From Candidatus Heimdallarchaeum aukensis (GTDB taxonomy: Archaea; Asgardarchaeota; Heimdallarchaeia; Heimdallarchaeales; Heimdallarchaeaceae): a DNA stretch of 64,000 nucleotides. Positions 49,426-59,412 of this stretch are shown piece by piece (position 1 is the stretch's first letter; every line of letters starts with the position of its first letter). Under the pieces are notes generated by a model that did no database searches, was not told the DNA's origin, and was given only the letters and a program-made list of their open reading frames with translations. The translations under genes were made by a program, and so were the position numbers. The stretch is taken from assembly GCA_021513695.1 (NCBI GenBank), contig CP084166.1, forward strand, positions 1,504,001 through 1,568,000, in the 5' to 3' direction.

Positions 49426-50586
49426 ATGACAGAATTAAAAAAAACCCCCATGTGGAAAATCCATGAAGAAGCAGGAGCTCGAATGATTGATTTTTCAGGT
49501 TATTACCTTCCTGTTTCTTATACTGGAATAGATAAAGAAATTATGGCTACAAGAGAAAATGTCTCAATTGTAGAAGTCTCTGATATGGGACGTTATGAAA
49601 TCAAAGGAAAACATGCTTACAAGATTATGGAAATGGTTACTCCAAGAGACATTCAAGGAATGTCTGATATGAAATGTGGATATACTTACTATCTTAACGA
49701 AAGAGGAGGATACAGAGACGATACCATAATTGGAAAATTAAACAATGAACACTTCTTCAACGTATGTAACGCTGGGTCACAGACTAAGAAAGTCTTAGCA
49801 TGGGTGAAAAACTTTGTTAAAATTGTTGAAGATCTTACAGGAGAACCACATGAATTTATTGATTGGACAGAAAAAACAACAATGTTTGCTGTTCAAGGGC
49901 CAAATTATAAGGTTATTTTAGATAACTTGGGTGTTCCAGACACTGGACGGTGGAAAATAGTCGAAGCAGAAGTTGAAGGAGCTAAATGCTTATTCACTGG
50001 AACAGGGTACACTGGAGAGATGGGTTTTGAAGTAACAATATTTGATTCAACAGTAGAAAATCCAGAAAAAGGAATCAAAGTCTGGAATGCAATTCTAAAA
50101 GCTGGAGAAGAAGTAGGAATTGCCTTATGTGGTCTTGGAGCGAGAGATGCTTTACGTATTGAAGCAGGATTACCCCTATATGGAGAAGATATACATGAAG
50201 ATGTTAATCCCATTGAAGCGGGATATGATTTTCCAGTATTTATGAAAGTGGATAAGGAACCTTGGTTCTTTGGAAAAGAAGCCATCCTAAAAGCTAAAGA
50301 AGAAGGAGTAAAAATAAAGCATGTAGGTATTATTTTGTTAGAAAAAGGCATTTCTAGAGCTGGATACGACATTCTTAATCAAGATGGAGAAAAAATAGGT
50401 TATATGTGCAACGGAGTTAGATCACCTATCATGAATGCAGGTGTAGGAATGGGATACGTTGACATAGAATATTCAAAACCAGGAACAGAGCTTTTTGTAC
50501 AAATAAGAAAGAAACAAGTTCCAGCAAAAGTGTCAAAATTGCCATTTTATGATACTTCCAAATGGGGATGGAAGAGAAATAAATAG
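49426..50586 (+). CDS. gcvT: glycine cleavage system T protein (aminomethyltransferase)
   Basis: TPMWKIHEEAGARMIDFSGYYLPVSY, 386 aa, typical GcvT. Confidence 0.85.
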   Translation: MTELKKTPMWKIHEEAGARMIDFSGYYLPVSYTGIDKEIMATRENVSIVEVSDMGRYEIKGKHAYKIMEMVTPRDIQGMSDMKCGYTYYLNERGGYRDDTIIGKLNNEHFFNVCNAGSQTKKVLAWVKNFVKIVEDLTGEPHEFIDWTEKTTMFAVQGPNYKVILDNLGVPDTGRWKIVEAEVEGAKCLFTGTGYTGEMGFEVTIFDSTVENPEKGIKVWNAILKAGEEVGIALCGLGARDALRIEAGLPLYGEDIHEDVNPIEAGYDFPVFMKVDKEPWFFGKEAILKAKEEGVKIKHVGIILLEKGISRAGYDILNQDGEKIGYMCNGVRSPIMNAGVGMGYVDIEYSKPGTELFVQIRKKQVPAKVSKLPFYDTSKWGWKRNK

Positions 50587-50703
50587 ATATTTTTTCTTTT
50601 TTTTTAATTATCTTCTTTTTTTAAACCTTTGTGGTCTCTGAACAAAATTTATAAACTTAGTTTCACTTTTCTTAACAATTAACATAATTTTGAGGTAATA
50701 GAA

Positions 50704-51126
50704 TTGACAGAAGAAATTGTGATAAAGGACAAATATGTTATAAAAAAAGAGCCATTCAAATACACAAAAACCCATGAGTGGTTACTTGAACAAGAAGATG
50801 GAACATGGCTCTATGGAATCACAGGATATGCAGCTACAGAACTTGGAGAACTCGCTTTTGTAGAGTTTCCAGAAGTAGGAGACACTTTTGAAGCTGAAGA
50901 ATCAATGGGTGTTATTGAGGCTTTGAAAACAGTATCAGATTATTACGCACCATTTGATTGTGAAGTAGTAGAAATTCACGAAGAACTTGAAGACGATGCA
51001 AATATCATCCATGAAGACTGTTATGGTGAAGGCTGGATGCTAAAAGTCAAACCAACAAATGGTACTGACACACTTATTACAGCTGAGGAATACGCTGAGA
51101 TTGTTAAAAAGGAAATTGAGCATTAA
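50704..51126 (+). CDS. gcvH: glycine cleavage system H protein (lipoyl carrier)
   Basis: Lipoyl-Lys context ESMGVIEALKTVSDYYAP, 140 aa. Confidence 0.85.
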   Translation: MTEEIVIKDKYVIKKEPFKYTKTHEWLLEQEDGTWLYGITGYAATELGELAFVEFPEVGDTFEAEESMGVIEALKTVSDYYAPFDCEVVEIHEELEDDANIIHEDCYGEGWMLKVKPTNGTDTLITAEEYAEIVKKEIEH

Positions 51127-51128
51127 AG

Positions 51129-52526
51129 GTGGGGGTGTTATTGTCTAATTTTTCTCACCCTTATATTGCCAATTCTGAGCAAGATAAAAAAGAAATGCTC
51201 GCTGAACTTGGTTTAAATAGCATCGATGAGCTATACTCTGATATTCCTGATAGTATTAGATTCAAAGGAAAACTAGAACTACCTCATTTTCAAAGCGAAT
51301 TTGAAGTAAAAGAGCACATCGAGAAACTTTTATCAAAAAATGTCTCAACAAGAGAATGTCGATCATTTTTAGGTGGAGGATTACTCGATGTTTACATTCC
51401 CGCAGCTCAAGATGAACTACTAAGAAGAACAGAATTTTATAGCGCTTACACACCATACCAGCCAGAAACAAGTCAAGGAACATTGCATACACTATTTGAG
51501 TATCAAAGTATGATTTGTGAATTGCTTGCTATGGATACAGCTAATTGCTCTATGTATGACTGGGCTACTGCATTAGGTGAAGCAGCTTTAATGACTGCAA
51601 GGATAAATAAGAAAGGGAACAAATTCTTGTATACAGCAGCTACTGCACCTAACAGAAAAGAAGTATTGAAAAATTACGTTTCTGGAGCCAAACTTGAAAT
51701 AATAGAGATCCCTTATGACAAAGAAACTGGTAAAATGGACAAGGAGAAAGCTATAGAATTAATGGGAGAAGGAGTTGTAGGAATATACTTTGAAAATCCC
51801 AATTACTTTGGAGTAATTGAAGATGAGATTGAAGAAGTAATTAAAGTTGCAAAAGAGAAAAAGATTGTCGTTGTTGCTGGTGTTGATACAAGTTCTCTTG
51901 GAATAATGGAAGCCCCTGGTAATTATGGAGCAGACATAGCTATTGGAGACGCTCAATCTATTGGAGCTGGTCCATTAAATTACGGTGGCCCTTTAGCAGG
52001 AGTTTTTGCAATGAAATTTGACAAGAAGTGGACTAGACAAATGCCAGGGAGGATAGTTGGAATCACACTCACTCCAAAGAAAGGCAAGTGGGCATTTACT
52101 AACACACTTCAAACAAGAGAACAACACATTAAGAGATTTAGAGCAACAAGTAATATTTGTACAAACGAAGCTCTAATGGCAATGAGTACAGCTTTTCATC
52201 TTGCATTACTAGGTCCTCAAGGACTAAAAGAAACTGGAGAGTCAATGTATTATAATGCACACTACTTGAAAGAAGAACTTGAAAAAATAGGCGTAAAAAC
52301 TGTCTTTAACTCTGAATTCTTCAATACGTTTTTGGTAGATCTTAAGATACCTAAAGATAAAAAAGAAGAATTTACTAAATTCATGTTAGAACGAAAGATA
52401 TTTGCGGGGATACCATTTTCTTTAGATGGAGAAACCTATGATTATCTAATCACTACGTCCTATTTGCTGAAGAAGAAAGACCTTGACGATTATGTTAAGG
52501 CAATAGAGGAATGGAGGAATGAGTAA
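51129..52526 (+). CDS. gcvPA: glycine dehydrogenase (decarboxylating) subunit 1
   Basis: N-terminal P-protein half motifs (YIPNSEQDKKEML, SFLGGG, YTPYQPE). GTG start immediately after gcvH. Confidence 0.85.
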   Translation: MGVLLSNFSHPYIANSEQDKKEMLAELGLNSIDELYSDIPDSIRFKGKLELPHFQSEFEVKEHIEKLLSKNVSTRECRSFLGGGLLDVYIPAAQDELLRRTEFYSAYTPYQPETSQGTLHTLFEYQSMICELLAMDTANCSMYDWATALGEAALMTARINKKGNKFLYTAATAPNRKEVLKNYVSGAKLEIIEIPYDKETGKMDKEKAIELMGEGVVGIYFENPNYFGVIEDEIEEVIKVAKEKKIVVVAGVDTSSLGIMEAPGNYGADIAIGDAQSIGAGPLNYGGPLAGVFAMKFDKKWTRQMPGRIVGITLTPKKGKWAFTNTLQTREQHIKRFRATSNICTNEALMAMSTAFHLALLGPQGLKETGESMYYNAHYLKEELEKIGVKTVFNSEFFNTFLVDLKIPKDKKEEFTKFMLERKIFAGIPFSLDGETYDYLITTSYLLKKKDLDDYVKAIEEWRNE

Positions 52527-54066
52527 AATGACTTACAAGCAAGCAACATATGATGAACCTTTAATTTTTGAGTTAGGAAAACCAGGAAGAAGAGGACATC
52601 TTCCACCAAAGACAGATGTTCCCCCTAGAGAAATTACTATACCTTCAAATATGAAAAGGAAAGAACCTCCACAATTGCCTGAGATACATGAAGGAGAGGT
52701 AGTACGACACTATCTACATCTTTCACAAATGAATTACTGTGTAGACACGGGTATCTATCCTCTTGGTTCTTGTACAATGAAATATAATCCTAAAATAAAC
52801 GAAGCTTTAGCTAGAAATGAAAAACTATGCTATATTCATCCATATCAACCTGAAGAAACAGTACAAGGAATATTAGAACTAATTTACAACCTTCAAAAGA
52901 TCTTATCAGAATTAGCAGGTCTTCCTTATTGTACGCTTCAACCAGCTGCAGGAGCAGCAGGAGAATACCTAGGGTTAAATCTTATTCGAGCATATCATCA
53001 TGATCGAGGAGACTATGACAGAATAGACATCATTACTCCAGACTCTAGCCACGGAACAAACCCAGCAAGTACAGTAATGAATGGGTTCAACATTATTGAA
53101 ATTGAATCAAATAAGGATGGACAAGTAGATCTAGAAGCACTAAAAGCAGTTGTTTCTGAGAAAACAGCAGGTTTCATGATTACGAATCCTAATACTCTTG
53201 GAATATTTGAATCACAAATTGAAGAAATATCCAAAATTATCCATGATGCAGGTGGCTTACTCTACTATGATGGAGCAAACTTTAATGCAATAGTAGGAAT
53301 GATACGCCCTGGAGAAATGGGTTTTGATGTTCTTCATTTCAATTTACACAAAACTTTCTCAACTCCACATGGTGGAGGAGGACCAGGTTCTGGAGCAGTT
53401 TGTTGTTCAGAAAGATTGTCACCATATTTACCTGTACCTATTGTAGAGTTCGATAAAGCAAATAATCGTTACTTCTTAAATTATGACATTCCTAAAACTG
53501 TAGGTAAAATCCATGGTTACTATGGTAATATAGCCATAGCTCTCAGAGGATATGCATATATCTGTGCTCTTGGAGCAGATGGATTAATCGAAACATCAAG
53601 ACAAGCTGTTCTTAATGCAAACTATGTTATGAGGAAACTAGAGGAAATTGATGGTCTAGTATTGAAATACAACAGAGAGCTACCTAGAAAACATGAATGT
53701 GTTCTTGATGCAACTCCATTGAAGCATGAAATTGGCGTTGGAGCTATGGATATTGCTAAAATGCTAATCAGTAGAGGGTATCATGCACCAACAGTGCTAT
53801 TTCCACTAATCGTACATGAGGCCTTAATGATAGAACCCACAGAAAATGAGAATAAAGAAAGTTTGGACAGATACATACAAGTATTCAAAGAAGAAATCGC
53901 AAAAGCAAAAGAGAATCCACAATATGCTCATGATGCACCATATAACACCGCTGTGGGAAGAGTAGATGACGCTTGGGCAACAAGAAACTTAATCCTATCA
54001 TGGAAAATGATTAAAGAATTAGAAAAGAAAGGTCAATGGCCTCCACAATGGCCAGAAGATCATTAA
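52519..54066 (+). CDS. gcvPB: glycine dehydrogenase (decarboxylating) subunit 2
   Basis: PLP-lysine region HFNLHKTFSTPHGGGGPG. Overlaps gcvPA by 8 nt. Confidence 0.85.
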   Translation: MSKMTYKQATYDEPLIFELGKPGRRGHLPPKTDVPPREITIPSNMKRKEPPQLPEIHEGEVVRHYLHLSQMNYCVDTGIYPLGSCTMKYNPKINEALARNEKLCYIHPYQPEETVQGILELIYNLQKILSELAGLPYCTLQPAAGAAGEYLGLNLIRAYHHDRGDYDRIDIITPDSSHGTNPASTVMNGFNIIEIESNKDGQVDLEALKAVVSEKTAGFMITNPNTLGIFESQIEEISKIIHDAGGLLYYDGANFNAIVGMIRPGEMGFDVLHFNLHKTFSTPHGGGGPGSGAVCCSERLSPYLPVPIVEFDKANNRYFLNYDIPKTVGKIHGYYGNIAIALRGYAYICALGADGLIETSRQAVLNANYVMRKLEEIDGLVLKYNRELPRKHECVLDATPLKHEIGVGAMDIAKMLISRGYHAPTVLFPLIVHEALMIEPTENENKESLDRYIQVFKEEIAKAKENPQYAHDAPYNTAVGRVDDAWATRNLILSWKMIKELEKKGQWPPQWPEDH

Positions 54067-54206
54067 ATCATTTTTTCTTCTTTTTTGTTTATTTTAGTTT
54101 TATTTTGTTTTAATAAAATCTGTATTCCTATTTACTATTAACCCGTATAAAATAGTTTAGAACAAGAACTTTATTATTAGTTAATTTACAATCCTATTGA
54201 AGAAAA

Positions 54207-57182
54207 ATGTCAATGGAAAATGTCCCAATGAAAAAAATTGATGAGGTAACATGGGAGATACCAACATCATATAAGAAAGGGATGAAAGTCCCAGCAAGAC
54301 TATTTTTAACACCAGAATTGAAAAAAGGAGTAGAACTTCGAGTAGTAGAACAAATAACTAATGTAGCGACATTGCCAGGAATAGTAAAATATGCAATAGC
54401 TTTACCAGACACTCATGCTGGATATGGATTCCCTATTGGAGGAGTAGCTGCAATGGATGTGAAGGAAGGAGTAATATCTCCAGGAGGGGTTGGATTTGAC
54501 ATAAATTGCTTACCAGGAGACACTTTAATTCTTCATAGCTTGGGTTATAGAAAAACTATTAAAGAATTTGAATCGGATTGGCGTAACACGGAATTATGTG
54601 TCTTCAATACATCAGAAAATTCTATGGAAACTGCGTCTATTGCCTATTTTCTTAAAAAAAGAGACACTGAAGTTTATACTATTCGCACTTATTGTGGTTA
54701 CACAATTAAGGCTACTCCTGATCATCCTTTACTTACTCCAGATGGCATGATTGAAACTCAGAATCTACATGTAGGTGACAAATTAGCCATTTATCCTTTT
54801 GAGGGTATAGATTATGAAGAACCAAAAAATGAAATTCTTCTAACTGAAGAAGATATCTTAAAGCTTGACCTAGGGTTTGATAATCAATCTATCGTTAAAG
54901 AGTTAAAGAAAAGAGATTTGCTCCCCCTTACTCTCAATAATCCTAAGCTACCATACCTGCTATCTATTATTGGTTTTATCCTTGGTGATGGAACAGTAAT
55001 AGTTTCATCAACAACAGAAGGAAAGAAAGGTTACATCACATTTTATGGAAAGCCTGAAGATTTAGATGAGATACGAGAGGATGTAAGAAAACTTGGATGG
55101 TCTCCCTCAAAAATTTACCATCGTACAAAAAAAGCACCTTTCTTCAAGAACGGATATGTAAAAGATATTATCTCTGAAGAATATTCATTTAAGCAAGTGT
55201 CACGTTCGTTTGTAAGTTTAATTGCTGCACTAGGCTTTCCTGTAGGAAGCCGAGTCTCTCAGGATTGGGTTTTACCAGAATGGTTGATGAAGGTTCCAAA
55301 ATGGATGAAACGATTATTTTTAGCTTCACTTCAAGGAGCAGATATGAGTACACCAACTACATTGACTTCTAACGAAGGTACATTTTACATGCCATATATC
55401 AAAATTCATAGAAAAGAATCATACGAACAATCAGGTCTTCAATATATTAAACAACTTCAACAACTTTACAATGAATTTAATATTAATACATCAATTTCAG
55501 AGCCAGTTTTACGATATACTAATGAAGAAGGAACAAAAAGCTATGCTATAACCATTTTCATAAAAGGTGATTCGCAAAACTTGATCAAACTTTTCTCTAC
55601 TATTAATTTTAAATATAACAAAAGAAAACAGTGGTTAGCTAATGCTGCTACAGTATACTTAAAACTTAAAGAAAAAGAAATTGAATCTCGTAACACAGCA
55701 AGAAAAGAAATAATAAAGTTGAAAGAAGAAAATAAAGGCATTACAGAAATTTCTAAATTAATGAACGATAAATACGGAGTAAACAGACGTTTTGTAGAAA
55801 GAACGATCTACGATGGTGTAGTTGATCATTCAAGGCCATCTAAAGCGTTTTTCTCATTTGAAGCATTTTTGGGTGCGTGTTGCGACAATTTGGAAGAAAG
55901 TGGCGTTGTCTGGGATAAAATAGTATCAATAGAAAAAGAAGATTTTGATGATTATGTCTATGATTTTACAATTAACCATGAATCACACAACTTTGTTGCA
56001 AATTCAATTATAGTTTCAAATTGCGGCGTCCGTATGTTATCTACACATCTTTCAGAATCAGAAGTTCGCCCTAAAATTTCAGAATTGATTAATAAGCTTT
56101 TTAGAGCAGTTCCTGCAGGTGTTGGAGTAAAAAGTACTCTTCGTCTTAATGATTCGCAGTTTAATGAAGTTCTTGAGACAGGAGCCACATGGTGTCTAGA
56201 AAATGGATATGCTTCTAAAGAAGATGTAGAGAGAATTGAAAGTGAAGGACACCTTCCTCATGCTGATGCGTCTAAAGTAAGTCAAAGGGCAAAACAACGT
56301 GGTCGTAGTCAATTAGGTACATTGGGTTCTGGAAACCATTATCTTGAGATTCAAGTTTTAGAAGAAGGAGATCTCTTCGATCCAGAGATAGGAAAAGAAC
56401 TTGGACTTACTCATGCTAAACAAATATCTGTTATGATACATTGCGGTTCTAGAGGTTTAGGTCATCAAGTAGCTTCAGATTACCTAAAAACTTGTGTTCA
56501 AGCTATGGACAAGTATAAGATACCAGTGTTGGATCAAGAGTTAGCTAGTGTACCCATTACTTCTAAAGAGGGTGAAGATTATTTTGCAGCAATGAATGCA
56601 GCAGCTAACATGGCTTTTGCTAATAGACAAATAATTACACATAAAGTTAGAGAAGTCTTTGAAGAGGTTTTCAAAAAAGACAGCGATGAACTAGGATTAA
56701 AGTTAATTTACGATGTTGCCCATAACATTGCTAAAATGGAAGAACATGAAGTTGATGGAAAGAAAAGAAAACTTGTTATTCATCGAAAAGGTGCAACGAG
56801 AGGTTTTCCACCTGGTCACCCAGAAATCCCTAAAGCCTATCAAAAAATCGGCCAGCCAGTAATTATTGGAGGTTCAATGGAAACAGGTTCTTATCTTCTT
56901 GTAGGAACACAAAAATCGATGGAGATTACTTTTGGTTCAACTGCTCATGGAGCAGGAAGAGTGATGAGTAGAGCACAAGCTAGAAGAGTCAAAAGAGGAG
57001 AAGAGGTACAAAGACAACTATCTAATAAAGGAATATATCTAAAAGGAGCATCATATAAGGGTATTGCAGAAGAAGGAGGGCATGCTTACAAAGATATAGA
57101 TGCTGTAATCCACGCATTAAAGGTAGCAGGAATATCCCATCCAGTAGCAAGATTAAGACCAATAGGCAACATTAAAGGTTAA
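54207..57182 (+). CDS. rtcB: RNA-splicing ligase RtcB, interrupted by an intein (extein 486 aa)
   Basis: Extein motifs PDTHAGYGFPIGGV, GGVGFDIN|CGVRML, NHAGRVMSR-like HGAGRVMSRAQ. Total length is 991 aa against ~480 for intein-free RtcB. Confidence 0.85.
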   Translation: MSMENVPMKKIDEVTWEIPTSYKKGMKVPARLFLTPELKKGVELRVVEQITNVATLPGIVKYAIALPDTHAGYGFPIGGVAAMDVKEGVISPGGVGFDINCLPGDTLILHSLGYRKTIKEFESDWRNTELCVFNTSENSMETASIAYFLKKRDTEVYTIRTYCGYTIKATPDHPLLTPDGMIETQNLHVGDKLAIYPFEGIDYEEPKNEILLTEEDILKLDLGFDNQSIVKELKKRDLLPLTLNNPKLPYLLSIIGFILGDGTVIVSSTTEGKKGYITFYGKPEDLDEIREDVRKLGWSPSKIYHRTKKAPFFKNGYVKDIISEEYSFKQVSRSFVSLIAALGFPVGSRVSQDWVLPEWLMKVPKWMKRLFLASLQGADMSTPTTLTSNEGTFYMPYIKIHRKESYEQSGLQYIKQLQQLYNEFNINTSISEPVLRYTNEEGTKSYAITIFIKGDSQNLIKLFSTINFKYNKRKQWLANAATVYLKLKEKEIESRNTARKEIIKLKEENKGITEISKLMNDKYGVNRRFVERTIYDGVVDHSRPSKAFFSFEAFLGACCDNLEESGVVWDKIVSIEKEDFDDYVYDFTINHESHNFVANSIIVSNCGVRMLSTHLSESEVRPKISELINKLFRAVPAGVGVKSTLRLNDSQFNEVLETGATWCLENGYASKEDVERIESEGHLPHADASKVSQRAKQRGRSQLGTLGSGNHYLEIQVLEEGDLFDPEIGKELGLTHAKQISVMIHCGSRGLGHQVASDYLKTCVQAMDKYKIPVLDQELASVPITSKEGEDYFAAMNAAANMAFANRQIITHKVREVFEEVFKKDSDELGLKLIYDVAHNIAKMEEHEVDGKKRKLVIHRKGATRGFPPGHPEIPKAYQKIGQPVIIGGSMETGSYLLVGTQKSMEITFGSTAHGAGRVMSRAQARRVKRGEEVQRQLSNKGIYLKGASYKGIAEEGGHAYKDIDAVIHALKVAGISHPVARLRPIGNIKG
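54507..56021 (+). mobile_element. intein (505 aa) with LAGLIDADG homing-endonuclease domain, inserted in rtcB
   Basis: It starts with Cys (CLPGDTLIL) right after the extein DIN and ends ...IIVSN before the +1 Cys (CGVRML). LAGLIDADG-like blocks LLSIIGFILGDGTV and KRLFLASLQGADMS. 1515 nt, in frame. Confidence 0.75.
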
Positions 57183-57213
57183 AAAACCTTTTTTCTGATT
57201 TTTTGATTTAATT

Positions 57214-58272
57214 TTAAGGTCTATTTCTTAGATCAACAATGTTTACGCTTAGCTTCATTTTTTTAGCCCAAGAAGAAATACGCTTTACAGCTTCATCTGT
57301 ACTTTCAAGTTGAGCTCCAGAAGCAGGTTTATGTCCTCCTCCATTCATTGTTTTAGCAAGTTTATCAACTCGTAAAAAGTCAATTTGTTCATCAGACAAC
57401 CTTTTACTCAACCTTAGACTTATTCTTGTAATATCAGGATACTCTGTTAAATATGCTGTCCCTTTCGCTCCCCTATACATCACTTCATGAGCAATGTAAG
57501 TAACATTATAATGTGAAGGTCTATCAATTAATATAACAAAATCTGCTATTTCAATTTCTTGGGAAACATCATGAGCCTTTTTTCTTCCGTATCTTAAATT
57601 ACTGATTTTTTTGTGAATAAACTCTACGTTAGGATTTTCTAGATCCCATAGACCTAGCCAACCTTTTTTTGAGAGAATATCGGTTAATATGGCATGATCC
57701 TCTAATGTAAAAGCTGTCTTACACGCATCCTCTAAGAACCATATTTTTGTATCTTCGTTAAAATCTTCTAGAGAGGATTCCAATTCAATTGGAGGTGGAA
57801 TCGAGTAACTTGCTGTATCAGTAATTTCTGTCATTTTGGCTAATTCAATAATATAATCGGGAAGAACAGAAGAATAATTTTTAGATAGTAGATAAGAGGT
57901 ACTTAATCCTCCTGCTTCAAAAAATATCTTTCGCGCATTAATTAATTTTCCAACTGCAGAAATGTGATGATCAACATATAGTTCCATCTCATTAAGATTA
58001 AACGGCTCTAAATCTACTATTGCAAACCAGTTAGCTTTCTCAAATTTTTTTCGAAGATTGGGATTATTAAGCAGTGAATAATCGATTGGCAAGTAAACTA
58101 GTTTTTGATTGTTCTCAAAGAGTTTCTTAACAATTGCTCCCGAAACTATTCCATCACAACAATTATAATGATAAGCTACCTTCATAGTTTTCCTTTTTTT
58201 AAGTTCAGAAAGGATTTTATTTCTGTATTCTTTCCTTTGCTTCTGTATATCAGATATTTCCATCTTAATCAA
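57214..58272 (-). CDS. DHH/DHHA1 family phosphoesterase (NrnA-like nanoRNase / pAp phosphatase)
   Basis: DHH motifs HYNCCDG, IVDLEP, YVDHH, and the DHHA1 GGGHKPASGAQL. Confidence 0.7.
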   Translation of the reverse strand: MIKMEISDIQKQRKEYRNKILSELKKRKTMKVAYHYNCCDGIVSGAIVKKLFENNQKLVYLPIDYSLLNNPNLRKKFEKANWFAIVDLEPFNLNEMELYVDHHISAVGKLINARKIFFEAGGLSTSYLLSKNYSSVLPDYIIELAKMTEITDTASYSIPPPIELESSLEDFNEDTKIWFLEDACKTAFTLEDHAILTDILSKKGWLGLWDLENPNVEFIHKKISNLRYGRKKAHDVSQEIEIADFVILIDRPSHYNVTYIAHEVMYRGAKGTAYLTEYPDITRISLRLSKRLSDEQIDFLRVDKLAKTMNGGGHKPASGAQLESTDEAVKRISSWAKKMKLSVNIVDLRNRP

Positions 58273-58278
58273 CTTCTA

Positions 58279-59067
58279 TCAACTAATATTTGCAAACTCT
58301 TTGAAGTTTCTTGATAATACTTCTGAAACTTCATCTATTGATAAGTTTTTTACTTCAGCTATTTTTTCAATAATTTGAGGGATAATAGCTGGAGAACCTA
58401 TTATTTTTTCTCCTTTTATCCAATATTTTACATTCCCGTCTGATTCAGTTAATAATTGCTCTAACCCCACCTCTTCTAGAACAAAACGATGTGTACTACC
58501 TCCTAAAATTGAAGGATTGATTGAAAAGAATACACCTTTATCTCTAAATTTGTAAAGCATTTTTTTCGGGCCTGAATACCAATGTATCAAAATGTTAGAA
58601 GGAGGAATCGAAAAAGAATCTAAGAGCTCATAAACTCTTTCTTCTGCCCCTTTTGAGTGAACGTTAATGGGAATTGAATTTTTCTCTGAGAGAGTAAGAA
58701 AGAAACTAAAAACTTCTTCTTGAAGAGGATAATACTGCTCTTTTTTAATAAAATGGTGATCTAATCCTATTTCCCCAAAAATCAGAGGAGAAACAGTTGC
58801 TACATAGTTAGAAATTTTGTTGATCTGTTCTTCAAGCATATTACGCTTTACTTTCCAAGGATGAATACCAAACCCAGGAATAATCTGCTTGTATTTTTTT
58901 TGAAGTTCAATTGCTTTTTCAATCTCTGTATATTTCATAGATACTCCTATAACATATTCCAAACCAAGATCTGACCATTGTTTCATAAAATTATCAATAT
59001 CTTTGTAAAAGTAATTAATAGGTAAATGGCAATGAGCATCGTGAAATTGCATGATAAAATTTATCAT
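58279..59067 (-). CDS. TatD-family metal-dependent hydrolase
   Basis: N-terminal HDAHCHL, GEIGLDHH and downstream His/Asp ligands. TIM-barrel size. The true start is probably at MQFHDAHCH. Confidence 0.7.
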   Translation of the reverse strand: MINFIMQFHDAHCHLPINYFYKDIDNFMKQWSDLGLEYVIGVSMKYTEIEKAIELQKKYKQIIPGFGIHPWKVKRNMLEEQINKISNYVATVSPLIFGEIGLDHHFIKKEQYYPLQEEVFSFFLTLSEKNSIPINVHSKGAEERVYELLDSFSIPPSNILIHWYSGPKKMLYKFRDKGVFFSINPSILGGSTHRFVLEEVGLEQLLTESDGNVKYWIKGEKIIGSPAIIPQIIEKIAEVKNLSIDEVSEVLSRNFKEFANIS

Positions 59068-59116
59068 AGAGTTTATTTATTTGTTTGGTAAAGTTTACAC
59101 TAAGAGGAATAAAATT

Positions 59117-59305
59117 ATGTCAAGTTTAGAAGAAAGAGTTGAGAAACTAGAGAAAGAAGTAGAACGTTTACGTAATTTGCTCGAACAACATCTTCATCAA
59201 CATGGATGGCGCCCCCAACCAATAAAACCTAAACCTAACATCCCTCCAAAGCATCCTTTTAAACCAAATCATGATGATTTACACGAACCTTTTAAAATAG
59301 ATTAA
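59117..59305 (+). CDS. small coiled-coil / Pro-rich protein (62 aa), hypothetical
   Basis: The internal ATG of the 59051 ORF is preceded by an SD-like taagagga. MSSLEERVEKLEKEVERLRNLLEQH, then a Pro-rich tail. Confidence 0.3.
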   Translation: MSSLEERVEKLEKEVERLRNLLEQHLHQHGWRPQPIKPKPNIPPKHPFKPNHDDLHEPFKID

Positions 59306-59412
59306 AAGAAAATCCAGAGTAAGGATCACCAATTGGTTTTGTAAAAGCTTTGTTTTTCTATTAGAACAAACTCTTTATATTTAGATTTTTTAAAAGAATA
59401 TTGATGTAACTA

